A stretch of DNA of 63,092 nt, the filler included, from Globobulimina sp. (lineage: Eukaryota), in NCBI GenBank assembly GCA_003354225.1. It is 33 parts of 33 records of this genome, joined end to end, with 100 filler letters (N's around TTAATTAATTAA, not from the genome) between each part and the next. Parts side by side here need not be neighbours in the genome. Positions count along the whole stretch, not along the records: positions 45,967 to 47,780 come from PIVH01011626.1; positions 47,881 to 49,694 come from PIVH01011627.1; positions 49,795 to 51,608 come from PIVH01011628.1; positions 51,709 to 53,522 come from PIVH01011629.1; positions 53,623 to 55,436 come from PIVH01011630.1; positions 55,537 to 57,350 come from PIVH01011631.1; positions 57,451 to 59,264 come from PIVH01011632.1; positions 59,365 to 61,178 come from PIVH01011633.1; 25 more parts are not named here. One strand, given 5' to 3'. Made by a program: the position numbers and the translations under genes. Positions 47,302 to 59,366 of this stretch are shown piece after piece. The notes under the pieces are model-generated. The model did not search any database. It saw only the letters and a list, made by a program, of their open reading frames with translations, and was not told the DNA's origin. Position 1 is the first letter of the stretch; each line of letters begins with the position of its first letter.

Positions 47302-47893
47302 TTATATGAAATCGCTATAACAACAAATTGTATCTGTTTTTTGGACGGTCAGTTTTTTGTTTAATATGGGAGTCATACATAGGTTCAAAACCATATTGTG
47401 GGTGGAAATGGGCGGATTGCTTAATCTCATGCTTATACATAGCATTTGTACTATGTCATCCTTGCACATTGTATATATTGGGTCCCACGATGATGCCTGA
47501 TCATGATGATGATAAGGATCGTTTTAAAATTGTGTTGATTGCTTTTGCTATGATTATCAGGATGAGTGAGTTGCGGCGTGTTTAATCTTGAAAAATTCAC
47601 CATAATGTTGTTTAATGATCGACAGAAACGAAAACATAAAAAGCAAAAATATTAAAATTGGCATCGATGGACATTACACAGAGCAAACCATTGTATTTGA
47701 AGCAGAGAAGGAATTATAATGAGGAGATACAAAATTATGAATGGAAAATAAGCGGGAATCAGTTGTTGAAATTCAAAAATNNNNNNNNNNNNNNNNNNNN
47801 NNNNNNNNNNNNNNNNNNNNNNNNTTAATTAATTAANNNNNNNNNNNNNNNNNNNNNNNNNNNNNNNNNNNNNNNNNNNNATTTATAAAAAGT

Positions 47894-48655
47894 TTACCAA
47901 TGAAACACGGACAAAGGACTAACATTAGTATTTAAATATGGAACAAACAAGTTGTAGAAATACTCGAGATAATAATCCTCATCATTAAAAATACACCGTA
48001 AAAATGTACCGGGACTGAAGCGACCAAAATTTCGTTCGTGGCGAGCCATTGGACTAATTTTATAGTTTAGAGCTATTTCCTTCAACAAAATTTTGTCCTC
48101 TTCCCATAAGAGGTCCCAAATGGCTGGCCCGAACCATAGACAGAATCCTCTAAATCCGTCATCCGGATAATGTTGAGACAGGAAAATGTAGCATATACGA
48201 CAAGCGATATAATATGCATTTATTTTATTCACAGCCACTACCATTCTCGATTTTCATCAAATGAAACAGTCTGTCGCGACATTCCTTCTCGGATTCACAA
48301 TTGTAAAGCAGCTGACTCAGAGTTTCTAATAAGTGTAGATTGCATGAAAAGATTGCGGAAAGTTCAGCGGTCGTTTTTGCCTTGGATAGTCTTTTCAATG
48401 TTCTATGTCGACGAGTCAACCGTCTCTTCAGCGACTGATTTCCTATGTGTTCTTTCTGCTCGTCGAAAAACCAAAGCAACCTAGAATAACAATAACAATA
48501 ATATGGACATAAATTCATATAGCAACTTACTTCACTATTTCGGATAACCAAGAATGCTTAAAATCTTTGACCAACGCTCGTTGTTGTCGCTTTATCAAGC
48601 ACGGCCAGCCTTTTAAAAGGTCGACAAAACGTCGCGGTGATTTAACTTTCGTCAT
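47894..48655 (-). pseudogene. Frameshifted ORF(s) divergent from the integrase, probably part of the same Polinton-like element
   Basis: ATG at 48655 only 24 bp from integrase ATG; frames 48225-48551 and 47894-48244 continue; no introns. Confidence 0.35.
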
Positions 48656-48679
48656 ACTGACGTCTGGCTTATTGTAATA

Positions 48680-49666
48680 ATGAATGACGCTGGTGACTCC
48701 AACCGGTTGCTAGAAAAGTTGTACTACAGTCTCAGTAGTCCGGCGTCATTCTCCGGCCTTGTTCCATTGTTTAAAACTGCCCAAAAGTATATTCCCTCGA
48801 TAAGCAGAAAAACTGTGAAGAACTTTCTCTCAAATCAACAAGTGTATTTAGTCACAAGAGACCAAGGAAACCTAGAGGTCGCGCCTATCGATACCCAAAA
48901 TACGTCGCCACAGGACCTAATCACTCGTGGGCTTGCGATTCTGCTCTGTTCAGATTTTCCAAACTCCCCTTTGTAACCGTATGTCGAGACGTATTTACCG
49001 GAAAAGTATATGCGGCTAATCAAAGAAATTTGAAATCTGAAACGACTTTGAGAATTTTAAACAAGATTGTTCAACAACAGGCGAAAGGAACCTACCCCCA
49101 TATCATCCGAACGGACCTCGGAAACGAGTACTCTGCCCTGAGGTCATCGTTCCCGAGTGAACACAAAACCACTCACGGACGTGGTCAAAAAAGTTTTTTT
49201 GGCGGAAGGAACAATTAAGGTATTGTGAGCTAAACTGAATCGCTATCAAACTTGGATCGGAAAAAAAGTGGATATCGGCTCTGTACTACCGGAACTGCTG
49301 TCTAGTATAAACGCTACGCCTCAGTCTAGGACTGGTGTCAGTCCTTCGGAAGCCGAAAAAGTGGGGAACTTTGGGAAGATATTTCGTATAAAATACTTGC
49401 CATATTTAACCGAATTGGATAGAATCAAGTACGGAGAAAGTGAATCGAGACATAAGGTTGGTAATTTGGTCCGTATTTCCATACTGGATACTTCGAAGAA
49501 CGCTTTCCTGAAAAAATCTCTACCAGGATACTCGAGCGAAATTTTCACTGTTGCGAGATTGAGAAGTAGTCAACCGAGAACCTACACAGTCGAGGACAAT
49601 TCCGGAAGAAAAGTTGTGGGTTACTTTCGTGAAAACGAACTTTTGGCTGTAGAAAATGTCCGATAA
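48680..49666 (+). mobile_element. Polinton/Maverick (adintovirus)-type retroviral-like integrase, degraded
   Basis: LEKLYYSLSSPASFSG..L.K...ISRKTVKNFLSNQQVY; IRTDLGNEY; AEGTIKVL*AKL; NATPQSRTGVSP; KVGNLVRIS...F.K...YSSEIFTV...TY.VED.SG..V.G.F.ENEL; frameshifts and TGA at 49226. Confidence 0.85.
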
Positions 49667-49853
49667 AGTGTGCCATGATCGTATGCGACTGCTTNNNNNN
49701 NNNNNNNNNNNNNNNNNNNNNNNNNNNNNNNNNNNNNNTTAATTAATTAANNNNNNNNNNNNNNNNNNNNNNNNNNNNNNNNNNNNNNNNNNNNGCTGAT
49801 CAATAATTTTTGGTCCTGGTCGAAAATTCTGAATCAATCCACGGTTGATTGTC

Positions 49854-51506
49854 TTATGTAGGTAACTCATTTTGTCCGTGACCTTCATCCTCAAGTTCTT
49901 GTGGTCGGTTCCGTTCTCCACGATCCCAAATTATCATTGTATTGTTCTTGCAATCGATTGCTGTGGCTTCGATCAGCCTTTGCTCAAGGGTCCGACTTAA
50001 ACCACTGGTTTCCCGTACATTTCTCTTTACCACTGGTATCAGATCCCGCGTAATGTCACTGTCGCCGTTATTGGGAGTGTCGCGAATTATAGGGTCCACT
50101 TTCAGATTATGACTAATTGGTACTGATTTTCCAATACCACCAACTTCTTGACATTGGGGAGTGTCGTGAATAACGCTAATTACTGGTTGATGAATGGTTG
50201 ATGATTTGGCTGACAGTATGATTGGTGCCACATAAATATCAGTTTCCTTTGGCGCTGTGTCTAATAATGTAGCTGGGAATTCTTCGTATTGATCATGTAT
50301 TAACGGCCAAATTACAGGAACATAACCAAATCTGGACAAACCTTTGGTAGCTAAAGGTTCGGCATTGCCACCTGTCAAAATAGATCGTTGCTTTTTGGAC
50401 ATTTTCCTTGATGACAGTTTACGGGGTTCCTGTCGTTGGTGTAGATAAGAAACAGATTGAGGTTCAGTAAAAGGATAAACTTTATTATCAGATTGTAACA
50501 CAAAGCTTTTATTACTTAAACCACACAAATCATTATTTCGATCCACACAATATACAGACCAATGTACACCACATTTATTACAGTATCGGCATACATAATC
50601 ACTACTGGGTATGGTCGGTGGTCGGTCAGCAGTGTCGACGTAAAAGGTACCCCTGCGACCAAAAGGCCTTCGATTACGACACCTTGTAGAATGACTGTTT
50701 TGGCCTGCACTGTCCAAAATCGAATGACGAGATGGTTTATTTTTGTTTGTCCCACTTTTGAAATTTTTGCCCATATAATTATTTGAATTTTGGCCAAATT
50801 TATTCCCATTTGAAGTAAAATTTTGCCCCTTTTTCGCCGCACAGTCCACAACACTAGTCCTTCCAACTGGTATATTCTTAACCGATGGTGATAAGCTTTC
50901 AGGCGCCCTGTTCGGTTCAGAAACACATGAGCCGAATAAACCACGTACAGTATTCAATTGTGGCTCCAAATTACGCCATAAAAAGAGGTTTCGACGGATA
51001 TGACGGGCCAATTTAATCCAGGTAGGTTGATCGATAATACTAATAATATTTTTGACGCGCTCCCTGTCAGTTATATTCAGCTTGTCGAAAAATTCGCGAA
51101 ACACATTAGCATTCTTGGCAAAATCACTGGTGTTTAACATTAGATGACCATATAAAAGACCATATGCAACTTCAAACTTTGTTAAAAATTCGCACAGGGG
51201 CATGGAACCCTGTACCAATTCATTTAGTCTGGCCGTACATACACCATTTCTGGCACTAGCACTTGCATATATGTCCTGTAGTTGTTCAAAAGCAAAGGCA
51301 GGCGTTAATTTTTTCCCATATTGGTCGAATAAAAAATGATAGTTTTCTAAAGGGGTACCAGCCAAAAAACACGATAGTTTTGCCATAAAAATACTTTCGC
51401 CTCCGTATGCCATGCAATAAACTTGACAGTTCTCAACCCAATCTTCGAAAATTTCGATGTCAGTCCCAAAAAAAATGCAGGTTTGGGGTATTTCCGATGG
51501 TCGCAA
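49854..51506 (-). mobile_element. Retrotransposon Gag-like protein with zinc knuckle
   Basis: Capsid-like F.G.D...FEDW...L.G...Y...L...Y...L..L.QG...EF..KF; knuckle YVCRYCNKCGVHWSVYC. Confidence 0.7.
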
Positions 51507-51796
51507 ACAAAAAACGTCGCATACATTTGTATTACACGAATTTGGACACTGGTCGCATCTTGTTGATGGCCTGGGGACCGGATTTTCGCATAGGGTAGGG
51601 TACGATTTNNNNNNNNNNNNNNNNNNNNNNNNNNNNNNNNNNNNNNNNNNNNTTAATTAATTAANNNNNNNNNNNNNNNNNNNNNNNNNNNNNNNNNNNN
51701 NNNNNNNNGTTTAACAATAACATACACAAAAAAAATTAATAAAATGTATAGAAGTGTAAACAAACAAAAAAAGGAAACACTGAAATATATATAAAA

Positions 51797-53359
51797 TTAT
51801 ATAATCACAAATTCAAGTGATTTTCGTGTATTTTTATCGTTATTACATGAACTCGTTGCTGTCGCTGTGGTTGTATTTGTGTGCGTGTATGATTTGTCAT
51901 TTATATCCTGATTATGTCGTAAATTGGACCAATAATCATTTGTCACATTCAGCAAATCACTGTCAATCTCCTTCTTTGTAAATTTAACTGACAACACTGT
52001 AAAAGAGCAAATAAATACAAACGCACCACATATAATCCATGCATATCCATAATTAATTTCCGACGGCACATTGTTAAACACCAAAAATGAGTACATAAGT
52101 GACCCAAAATTGCCTCCCGCTGCAACTATGCCCATACACAGTCCGATATATTTCTGATGCGGCAAACTAGGAATAATTGCAAACACAATGCCTTCTGCGA
52201 TCTGTACATATAAACTGAATATGATCATAGTCAAAATAGCATAGCCAAAATCAAAGGAACTGATCGCAAAAAAACATAAAAATATCGACTCAAACAATAA
52301 CACCCAAAATAAGCAATATATCCTGCCCTGAAGACCAAATTTCAGATATAACAAATCCGACAAATAGCCACCAAGTCCACGCGCAAATAAATTCAAAATG
52401 GAAAAGGAAAATATGATAATTCCTCCTGTTTTTGTATCGGTATTAAATTGGTCCACAAAATAAGGAATAAAATAGGTCAAAACCGTCACTTCTACGCCGA
52501 AACAAATGGCATACGACAACGATAAAATCCATACTCGGAAATCTGACAATATAATTTTCCATTTGTTCATGTTACACACACAGATTGTGACATTTTCTTT
52601 GCTTTTGTTGCCTTTCGGAGAGTCGATGGTGAAAAAATAATACACAAAGATCATAACAAAGAGCAAGCCGCACGGCAATAATGTGCTGTATCTCCACGCC
52701 ATAGCCGCTGGAATGGACAATTTGTTCACCAATGAACTGCAAATCAACGGTGTAACCACCATAGTAACGCCACCGCCAAAATTGCCCCAGCCGGCACTCA
52801 ATGCATTGGCAACGCCCACACATTTGGAGGAAAAGAAGCTGGTGACATGGAATTGTGTGATGACGAAGGAAGAGCCAATGATACCCATCAAAAAAGAGAA
52901 TATTATGTATGAGATGTTGTTATAGGAACAGAATGAGATTAATATTAACGAAATGAATGAGATAATTAGCAGAACGACATAAGAATAACGTGCACCGATA
53001 CGGTCGCATAAATCGCCAAATATTATTCTGAAAATGACAGTGGATATGGAACGGGCATTGCGTGCATATGATTCGTCTGACAATGTCAGATTTAGATCTT
53101 TCGATATGTAAATGTTTAAATTGGTTAAACTGAACCAGCTGAAAAAACAAATGAAAAATGTGATCCATGTAATATGAAATACGCGAATATAAATAGAATT
53201 GCAGCGACATAGATATTGTGTTAATGAGATGGCTTTGCCTTCTCTGTTGGTTGCGATTTTAGAATCTCCCTTCATTTGGGTCAGATATTTTGGAGGTTGC
53301 AGGGAGATTTGTCTGTTGTTCTTCTTCTGTTTCTTCGCTTTTTCCATTGCAACAGCCAT
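51797..53359 (-). CDS. NRT2: High-affinity nitrate/nitrite transporter, NRT2/NNP family (MFS), intronless, complete
   Basis: FHITWITFFICFFSWF, FRIIFGDLCDRIGAR, GSSFVITQFH..SFF..KCVGVANALSAGWGNFGGG, YAICFGVE, NLFARGLGGYLSD, GIVAAGGNFG; about 12 TM. Confidence 0.93.
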   Translation of the reverse strand: MAVAMEKAKKQKKNNRQISLQPPKYLTQMKGDSKIATNREGKAISLTQYLCRCNSIYIRVFHITWITFFICFFSWFSLTNLNIYISKDLNLTLSDESYARNARSISTVIFRIIFGDLCDRIGARYSYVVLLIISFISLILISFCSYNNISYIIFSFLMGIIGSSFVITQFHVTSFFSSKCVGVANALSAGWGNFGGGVTMVVTPLICSSLVNKLSIPAAMAWRYSTLLPCGLLFVMIFVYYFFTIDSPKGNKSKENVTICVCNMNKWKIILSDFRVWILSLSYAICFGVEVTVLTYFIPYFVDQFNTDTKTGGIIIFSFSILNLFARGLGGYLSDLLYLKFGLQGRIYCLFWVLLFESIFLCFFAISSFDFGYAILTMIIFSLYVQIAEGIVFAIIPSLPHQKYIGLCMGIVAAGGNFGSLMYSFLVFNNVPSEINYGYAWIICGAFVFICSFTVLSVKFTKKEIDSDLLNVTNDYWSNLRHNQDINDKSYTHTNTTTATATSSCNNDKNTRKSLEFVII

Positions 53360-53622
53360 GTTCAAATACGAAGACTAGTTGAGATTTTCTTGAAGATTTA
53401 TTCCGTTTGTGAAAGCTTGATGGAGGGAAAAAAAGCAAAAAAGTTCCCTTTTGGAGATGTCGTTATATATCCACCGAAAAATAACATTTGAAAATTGCAC
53501 ACAGCAAAAGTTATAAGCCTCANNNNNNNNNNNNNNNNNNNNNNNNNNNNNNNNNNNNNNNNNNNNTTAATTAATTAANNNNNNNNNNNNNNNNNNNNNN
53601 NNNNNNNNNNNNNNNNNNNNNN

Positions 53623-54953
53623 ACGAAAGAAAAAGAAGTCATTGAGATGATGGATGATAATGATACAGATGACGACGATGACGATGATGACGCAAACGCA
53701 TCATTCCAATCCTTAGTATTGAACGATAAATTTCGCGATGCTGTAGAAGAGTCAAATTTTAATTCAAAAATAAAAGAAGTGACAAGTAAGCGGTTGCAAG
53801 AATTATCTCTCAACGCTGACAGTTACATTGGTGATTTCAGAAACGCAGGAAAAATATTGCAGAAACTGCAACACTTATTCACTAAATATGGAGGGCGAGA
53901 CACAACATATAACACAATAAGTATTGTGCCCCTGTTGAACGCGTTAAAATCACCGTGGGATGGACGTACGCAAGAAGACCCAGCTGAATTCATCATCCAC
54001 TTATTTGCTCACTTCGATATATACAATAAATTAGCAACAGAAGCAGCACTTGACCCGGTTACACCCTTTAAATACGATATGGTGGAAACAATACGATATG
54101 GTGGACAAGCCTATCCTATCCTATACTATCCTATCCTATCCTATCCTATATCCTATACGAACAAGCGTATGGCCAGAAAATACGTTAATAGATTTGAGTC
54201 TTACAGACGGTACAACAACCCACACAATTGAAGGGCTGTTGTGTGAGCATAGTAAAGAAAGCAGTGTGGATCTTCGTTGTGAAAAAAATCATTGCCGCGG
54301 AAAAACAGCATTGAAAAACAGCGATTGCTCGGATAATAATGATTGTATTATGTCTGGCGATGTTATCAAAGACAATGATGGGCTCACAGCGTTTTCAAAA
54401 AATATTGACAAGATTTGTCACAAAATTAAACAACGAAAGTCAAGAAAAAAGGAGACAAAGCAAAGAGAAAAAATGAGCAATTGGGCAATCCGTAAAATAA
54501 GAAGTACGTGATCATAAAAAGGACAATCCACAAAACAAAAAACAGTGGGCATTGGATCATCCATTATATAAAGGCAATGGCACGAATATATATGAGATTT
54601 TAAAGAAGCCCGAAGGATATTACAGCGGCAACGATCAAAACAAACATAAAAAAATAAATTGTGGACGGAAAGTGAATTGCGAAGAAGTTGAGTTGAGATT
54701 GATGAAAAAATTATTGAAAATGAAAAAAAAAGGAAAAACTTATCCGGATAAAAAGGTGCAGAAACTAGCCATACGTTACCATAAGGAAATGCAAGTAAAA
54801 AAAAATCAAAAATATGGAACTGGATGGATATGGAAGACAAAAAATAGATCAAAACAGGGATATTACGGAGACAAATATAAGAAATTGTTTAACATAAAAA
54901 AAAGAAAGAAAAGAAAAAACAAGAAAAAGAATGAGAAGTCAAAAAAACATTAA
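53623..54953 (+). pseudogene. Highly diverged USP-like protease remnant
   Basis: QEDPAEFIIHLF, PF..., LIDLSL...TIEGLL, CEK..C; possible His box SGHW and YSGND in shifted frames; interrupted by CCTAT microsatellite. Confidence 0.4.
54110..54158 (+). repeat. (CCTAT)n microsatellite
   Basis: cctatcctatcctatactatcctatcctatcctatcctatatcctata. Confidence 0.9.
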
Positions 54954-55177
54954 GACTGAAAAAACAAAATTTGTGTTTGTAACTATTTAATTTTTCTTAC
55001 CGTTGTGGTAGCTTTAATTTTTCTTCGTCGAAGACGCGTAGAGAAAGAAAGTTGTTGGATGTTAGTGTGGTGGTAGCTTGAGCTTAATCATCAAAATCAG
55101 CAATTCAAGGATTAAAAAAAAAAACAGTTTTTTCAGTGAGTCGGTTCAAGCAATTCAATGAGTTCAGATTTATTTGA

Positions 55178-55436
55178 TATATAAATATGGATATATTATG
55201 AGTTAGGGGTTAACACATTTGTAATATAAATATGGATATGTTATGGGTTAGGGGTTAGGGGTTAACCCATTTGCAATATAAATATGGATATGTTATGGGT
55301 TAGGGGTTAACCCATTTGTAATGTAAATATGAATATATTATGGGTTAGGGGTTAACCCATTTGTAATATAAATATGGATATGTTATGGGTTAGGGGTTAA
55401 CCCATTTGTAATATAAATATGGATATGTTATGGGTT
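55178..55436 (+). repeat. 45-bp minisatellite x~5.5 containing TTAGGGG and an internal hairpin
   Basis: Unit aatataaatatggatatgttatgggttaggggttaacccatttgt runs to contig end. Confidence 0.93.
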
Positions 55437-55536
55437 NNNNNNNNNNNNNNNNNNNNNNNNNNNNNNNNNNNNNNNNNNNNTTAATTAATTAANNNNNNNN
55501 NNNNNNNNNNNNNNNNNNNNNNNNNNNNNNNNNNNN

Positions 55537-55637
55537 TTTCCGCTTATTCCGGGATTATTTCCGCTTATTCCGGGATTATTTCCGCTTATTCCGGGATTAT
55601 TTCCGCTTATAACATTCCGGGATTATTTCCGGTTATA
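55537..55637 (+). repeat. 21-bp tandem repeat (ttccgcttattccgggattat) x~4.5 at contig start
   Basis: Directly visible tandem copies. Confidence 0.92.
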
Positions 55638-55918
55638 CAACTGTGACACTAACAAAACACAACTGTTTGCTGGTTGTATAGTTTCATCATTTTTTTCAAA
55701 CGTACAAGCACAGCGGAATTATGAATAATTGGTGACATTGAATGTCACCAATTAATCATAATTCGCTAAATGTTTAAAGCATCCTATGTATGTTATTTGT
55801 TAACATGTCTTTGTAGTGATGTTAGTCACTTTCAAAAAGTAAAAAACATTAACGCTGCTACCATCACTGACTTTGCCATTATATTGCACTGGATATTATT
55901 AACTGATTTATAAGTGAA

Positions 55919-57350
55919 ATGACATCCAATGCAATTGCAAAACAGATAGTAAATGTTCCAATTCAATTAAATTTTGTATGGGGTGGAGTTAAAAAAAGTA
56001 CATGTCAAGACTTAGATCCAGTTAGATTTCTATCTACATTTGTTGAATATATACTATGAGAATGTAATACATAGATTAAATATTTTCATAATACAAAAAA
56101 TGATTTAAATATTTCTGCTATAAATGAAGGATGGAGAAAAGCATTCAATGAGGTACATGGACCAAAAACAGATTCATGGATAGATTTAAAACATCTTAAA
56201 TTTGGTTATTTAGATCGTAACAACAAAGTAACTTATTGGGATAAGTTTGAAATTAAGAGGTTAAAACAAAGTAACTCAGAGGTTAAATTATTTTCCAAAG
56301 CCAGAAATGTTTTGGTTATTAAACCACCAAATATATCAAGTATGACTTTTTTAAACATTATAAATGTGATATATTTTGCAATATGTTAATAATCCTCAGG
56401 TAATGCGCGTAATCCACATTGTTGCAATTCTGAGTGTGAATGTAAGTTGGATGTCTTGACAAATATGTCAGGAAATCTTGCATATTACAATAATGTCCAC
56501 AAAAATATTCCTGCTCAATATCGTGCTCAGTTTCTTAGAAATCAATCAGAACAACAATCAAAATCAAAACCAAAAAGGAAAAAAAATACATTTAATACTT
56601 TCTTAGATGATCTAGCAACTGGCACAGCAAAACAACAATCATTTCAACAAAGTTCCGTTTTATTCGATTGTGCTTCTTTTTCACGTGCAATGAAACAACA
56701 ACATTTCACCAACTACTCAGCTCATAATATGCCAAACATGCATAGAAACCAGAATATGAATGTAAATAATATGAATATGAATAATTTGAATAATATGAAT
56801 ACAAATAATATGAATAATTTGAATAATATGAACACAAATAATATGAATACAAGTACAATTAATTCGAGAGCAAATAATACCGCCAATCCAGGAAATGCTC
56901 ATCATACAATTAACAATCAACAGCATAATATGTACAGTAAGAAAAGGATGAATTATGTGAGTAATTTGCATAACAAAATGAATATGAATAATATAAATAA
57001 TATAAATAATATGAATAATATGAACAATATGAATAGGAATAATAAGGTGCATACCATCAATACGAGCATGAATACCACGAATATGAATAACATGAATATG
57101 AATAATATGAATGTCAATAACACGAATATGAATAAAATACAACCTCCACCACCGAAAAAACAAAAAATTGATATAGTAACCAATAAAAATGATTGTAATA
57201 ATTGCAAACATAAAGAGAAAGTAAGAAAATGTAAACAAGTTATTCGCCAACAACTTGACAAAATTAAATCAAATGTTGTTATGATTGAAACTTACCAAAA
57301 AACATTGACTGAGTCAAAAGAGAAATTTGTGCAGAAAGATGAAGAAATAA
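55919..57350 (+). pseudogene. Spliced gene with Asn/Met-rich low-complexity region and C-terminal coiled coil; two in-frame stops in exon 1; intron 56340-56399
   Basis: Frame from ATG 55919 continues through TGA 56057 and TAG 56072 to a phase-1 intron that joins ORF 56447. Confidence 0.55.
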
Positions 57351-57613
57351 NNNNNNNNNNNNNNNNNNNNNNNNNNNNNNNNNNNNNNNNNNNNTTAATT
57401 AATTAANNNNNNNNNNNNNNNNNNNNNNNNNNNNNNNNNNNNNNNNNNNNAAGCACTCAAATGTTAGTAAAAATAGAAAATTTAAATGTTGATTGAAGAA
57501 ATGAACTAAAAGCAAAAACCCTATTGTTTCTTCAGAAGATATTGTATATATATAAAGTTTTTCTAATCCATACTCTTAGTAAGTAAGATTCTACATTCTT
57601 TGTTTTAGCAGTC

Positions 57614-58674
57614 ATGTCTCATCGACATAATCGCAATGGTGATAAACACCGATATCGGTCAAAATCGCGGTCGCATTCACGGTCACATTCAGATCACGAT
57701 GCACATTCAAGAAAATCACGACATCGATCCAGAAGACATGATCCAAAAAGAAGAGACAAACGAAGACGACATAAAAAACGAAGATATCGACGACATTCAA
57801 AAAGAAGAAGAAGACATCGAACATCACCATCATACTCTCGTTCTCGTTCCAGTTATCGCTCCGGCTCACGCTCACAGAGCAGATCCGCATCGCCAACACA
57901 ATATTATACACAGCGATTCATTGCAAAAGACATTGGTAATATCGGCGATTCATTTATTGGTAATATTGGACGAGACGCATATAACAAAAGTAATAATCGA
58001 ACAAAAATAATCCATAAACATGCCGATCCGAACCGATTTGATTTATTCAAAGCGTTATTTAACTTATTACGTCCGTCTCAAACTAATATGAAACAACAAT
58101 TGTATTATAAATATAAAATGTATGCAATTTATAATTGTTTACGGGTAGTATATGAAGATAAATTATTTGAATTAATGGAAAACATTAGTGGTAAAAAATG
58201 TACATTTAAAGAATGGCTGAGGAATGAATATAAAGCTAAAATTATTGGTTATAATTTCATGTACAAATTATATCAAAAAGTACATAAATTAGACAGAAAC
58301 GATTACTTTGTTAAGTTTTGTGTTAGTTTGCAAACATTAACTATTTACATACAAATATATATTAATGCAAACAATAGAAAACTGTTGAAAGATTTGAGAG
58401 AAAATTTAATCGAAATTTCCCGGACAATATTATTATTTTCAAATCACCGCAAGAATGGGATCAATGGGATTTTTTAGCAGCGGCTTGTATGGAGAATCTA
58501 AGTGATGGACAGTTAACACTTATTCATTCATTACATATTAATAATAAAAGTATGATTGGTTCGTTGACACAGAATGAGTTATTAAATGAGGCAAAAAATA
58601 GGATTCAATGTGCAAAAGCAATTACATTGGATGAGTTATTGGAAATATATTCATTTTTAAGCAAATGGAATTAA
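57614..58674 (+). CDS. Protein with N-terminal RS/His-rich domain, spliced, unknown function
   Basis: RSKSRSHSRSHS...RSRSSYRSGSRSQSRSASP; intron-like AT-rich gaps near 58311-58377 and 58422-58477. Confidence 0.55.
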
Positions 58675-59366
58675 TTCGAAATCAATTGTTTGTTGAAGAT
58701 ATTAAATAATTATTTTTTTTTTAAAATACGTTAATTGATTAAAACATTCTTAATCGTTGACTCAGTCATTCTGTATCGCATAGATTCCCAATATATTAAT
58801 ATATGTCGATCCAATTACAGCTGAGTTCGTCAGTGCAATTCGAGCTTGTTTAACGTACATAATTACAATCGGATGTTGCTAGTTTAACAAAACAATTAGG
58901 TCATTCTAACAAATCTGTGTTTGTGGCAAAAACGCCAATATCCGTTTTGTTAATCACTGCAACAACATCACTATCACCTTGATTCTGTATGGTGTCAATA
59001 TCAATTTTATCCACAACATTGGAATTCATATCCACAGTGTCTACATTTATTGTATTGACCATATCAATTAAATCATTGTCAATTACTGATATCGACACTT
59101 TATTCTCTGATGTTCGTGTCATTACATTCCTGGATTGTATATTATCAATATTCTCACCATATACATTTTGCTGAGTGTCGTCGTGTATACTTTGCAATGA
59201 CACAGGCTCTACTTTATGCGCAGTTGTATTCTTATCTTTTGGTTTCGAAGCAATATCCTCTTTANNNNNNNNNNNNNNNNNNNNNNNNNNNNNNNNNNNN
59301 NNNNNNNNTTAATTAATTAANNNNNNNNNNNNNNNNNNNNNNNNNNNNNNNNNNNNNNNNNNNNAA

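Noticed and set aside
47881-51608. Integrase next to gag, suggesting one retroelement
   Set aside because: Separated by a spacer (different contigs); the integrase is Polinton-type, not LTR-type
53623-55436. USP remnant as cargo of a telomeric element
   Set aside because: USP call is weak and telomeric location is unproven; the two observations are kept separate
55178-55637. Two repeat arrays flanking a gap, considered as a CRISPR array or single satellite
   Set aside because: Tandem units without unique spacers, no cas genes, and the two arrays are on different contigs
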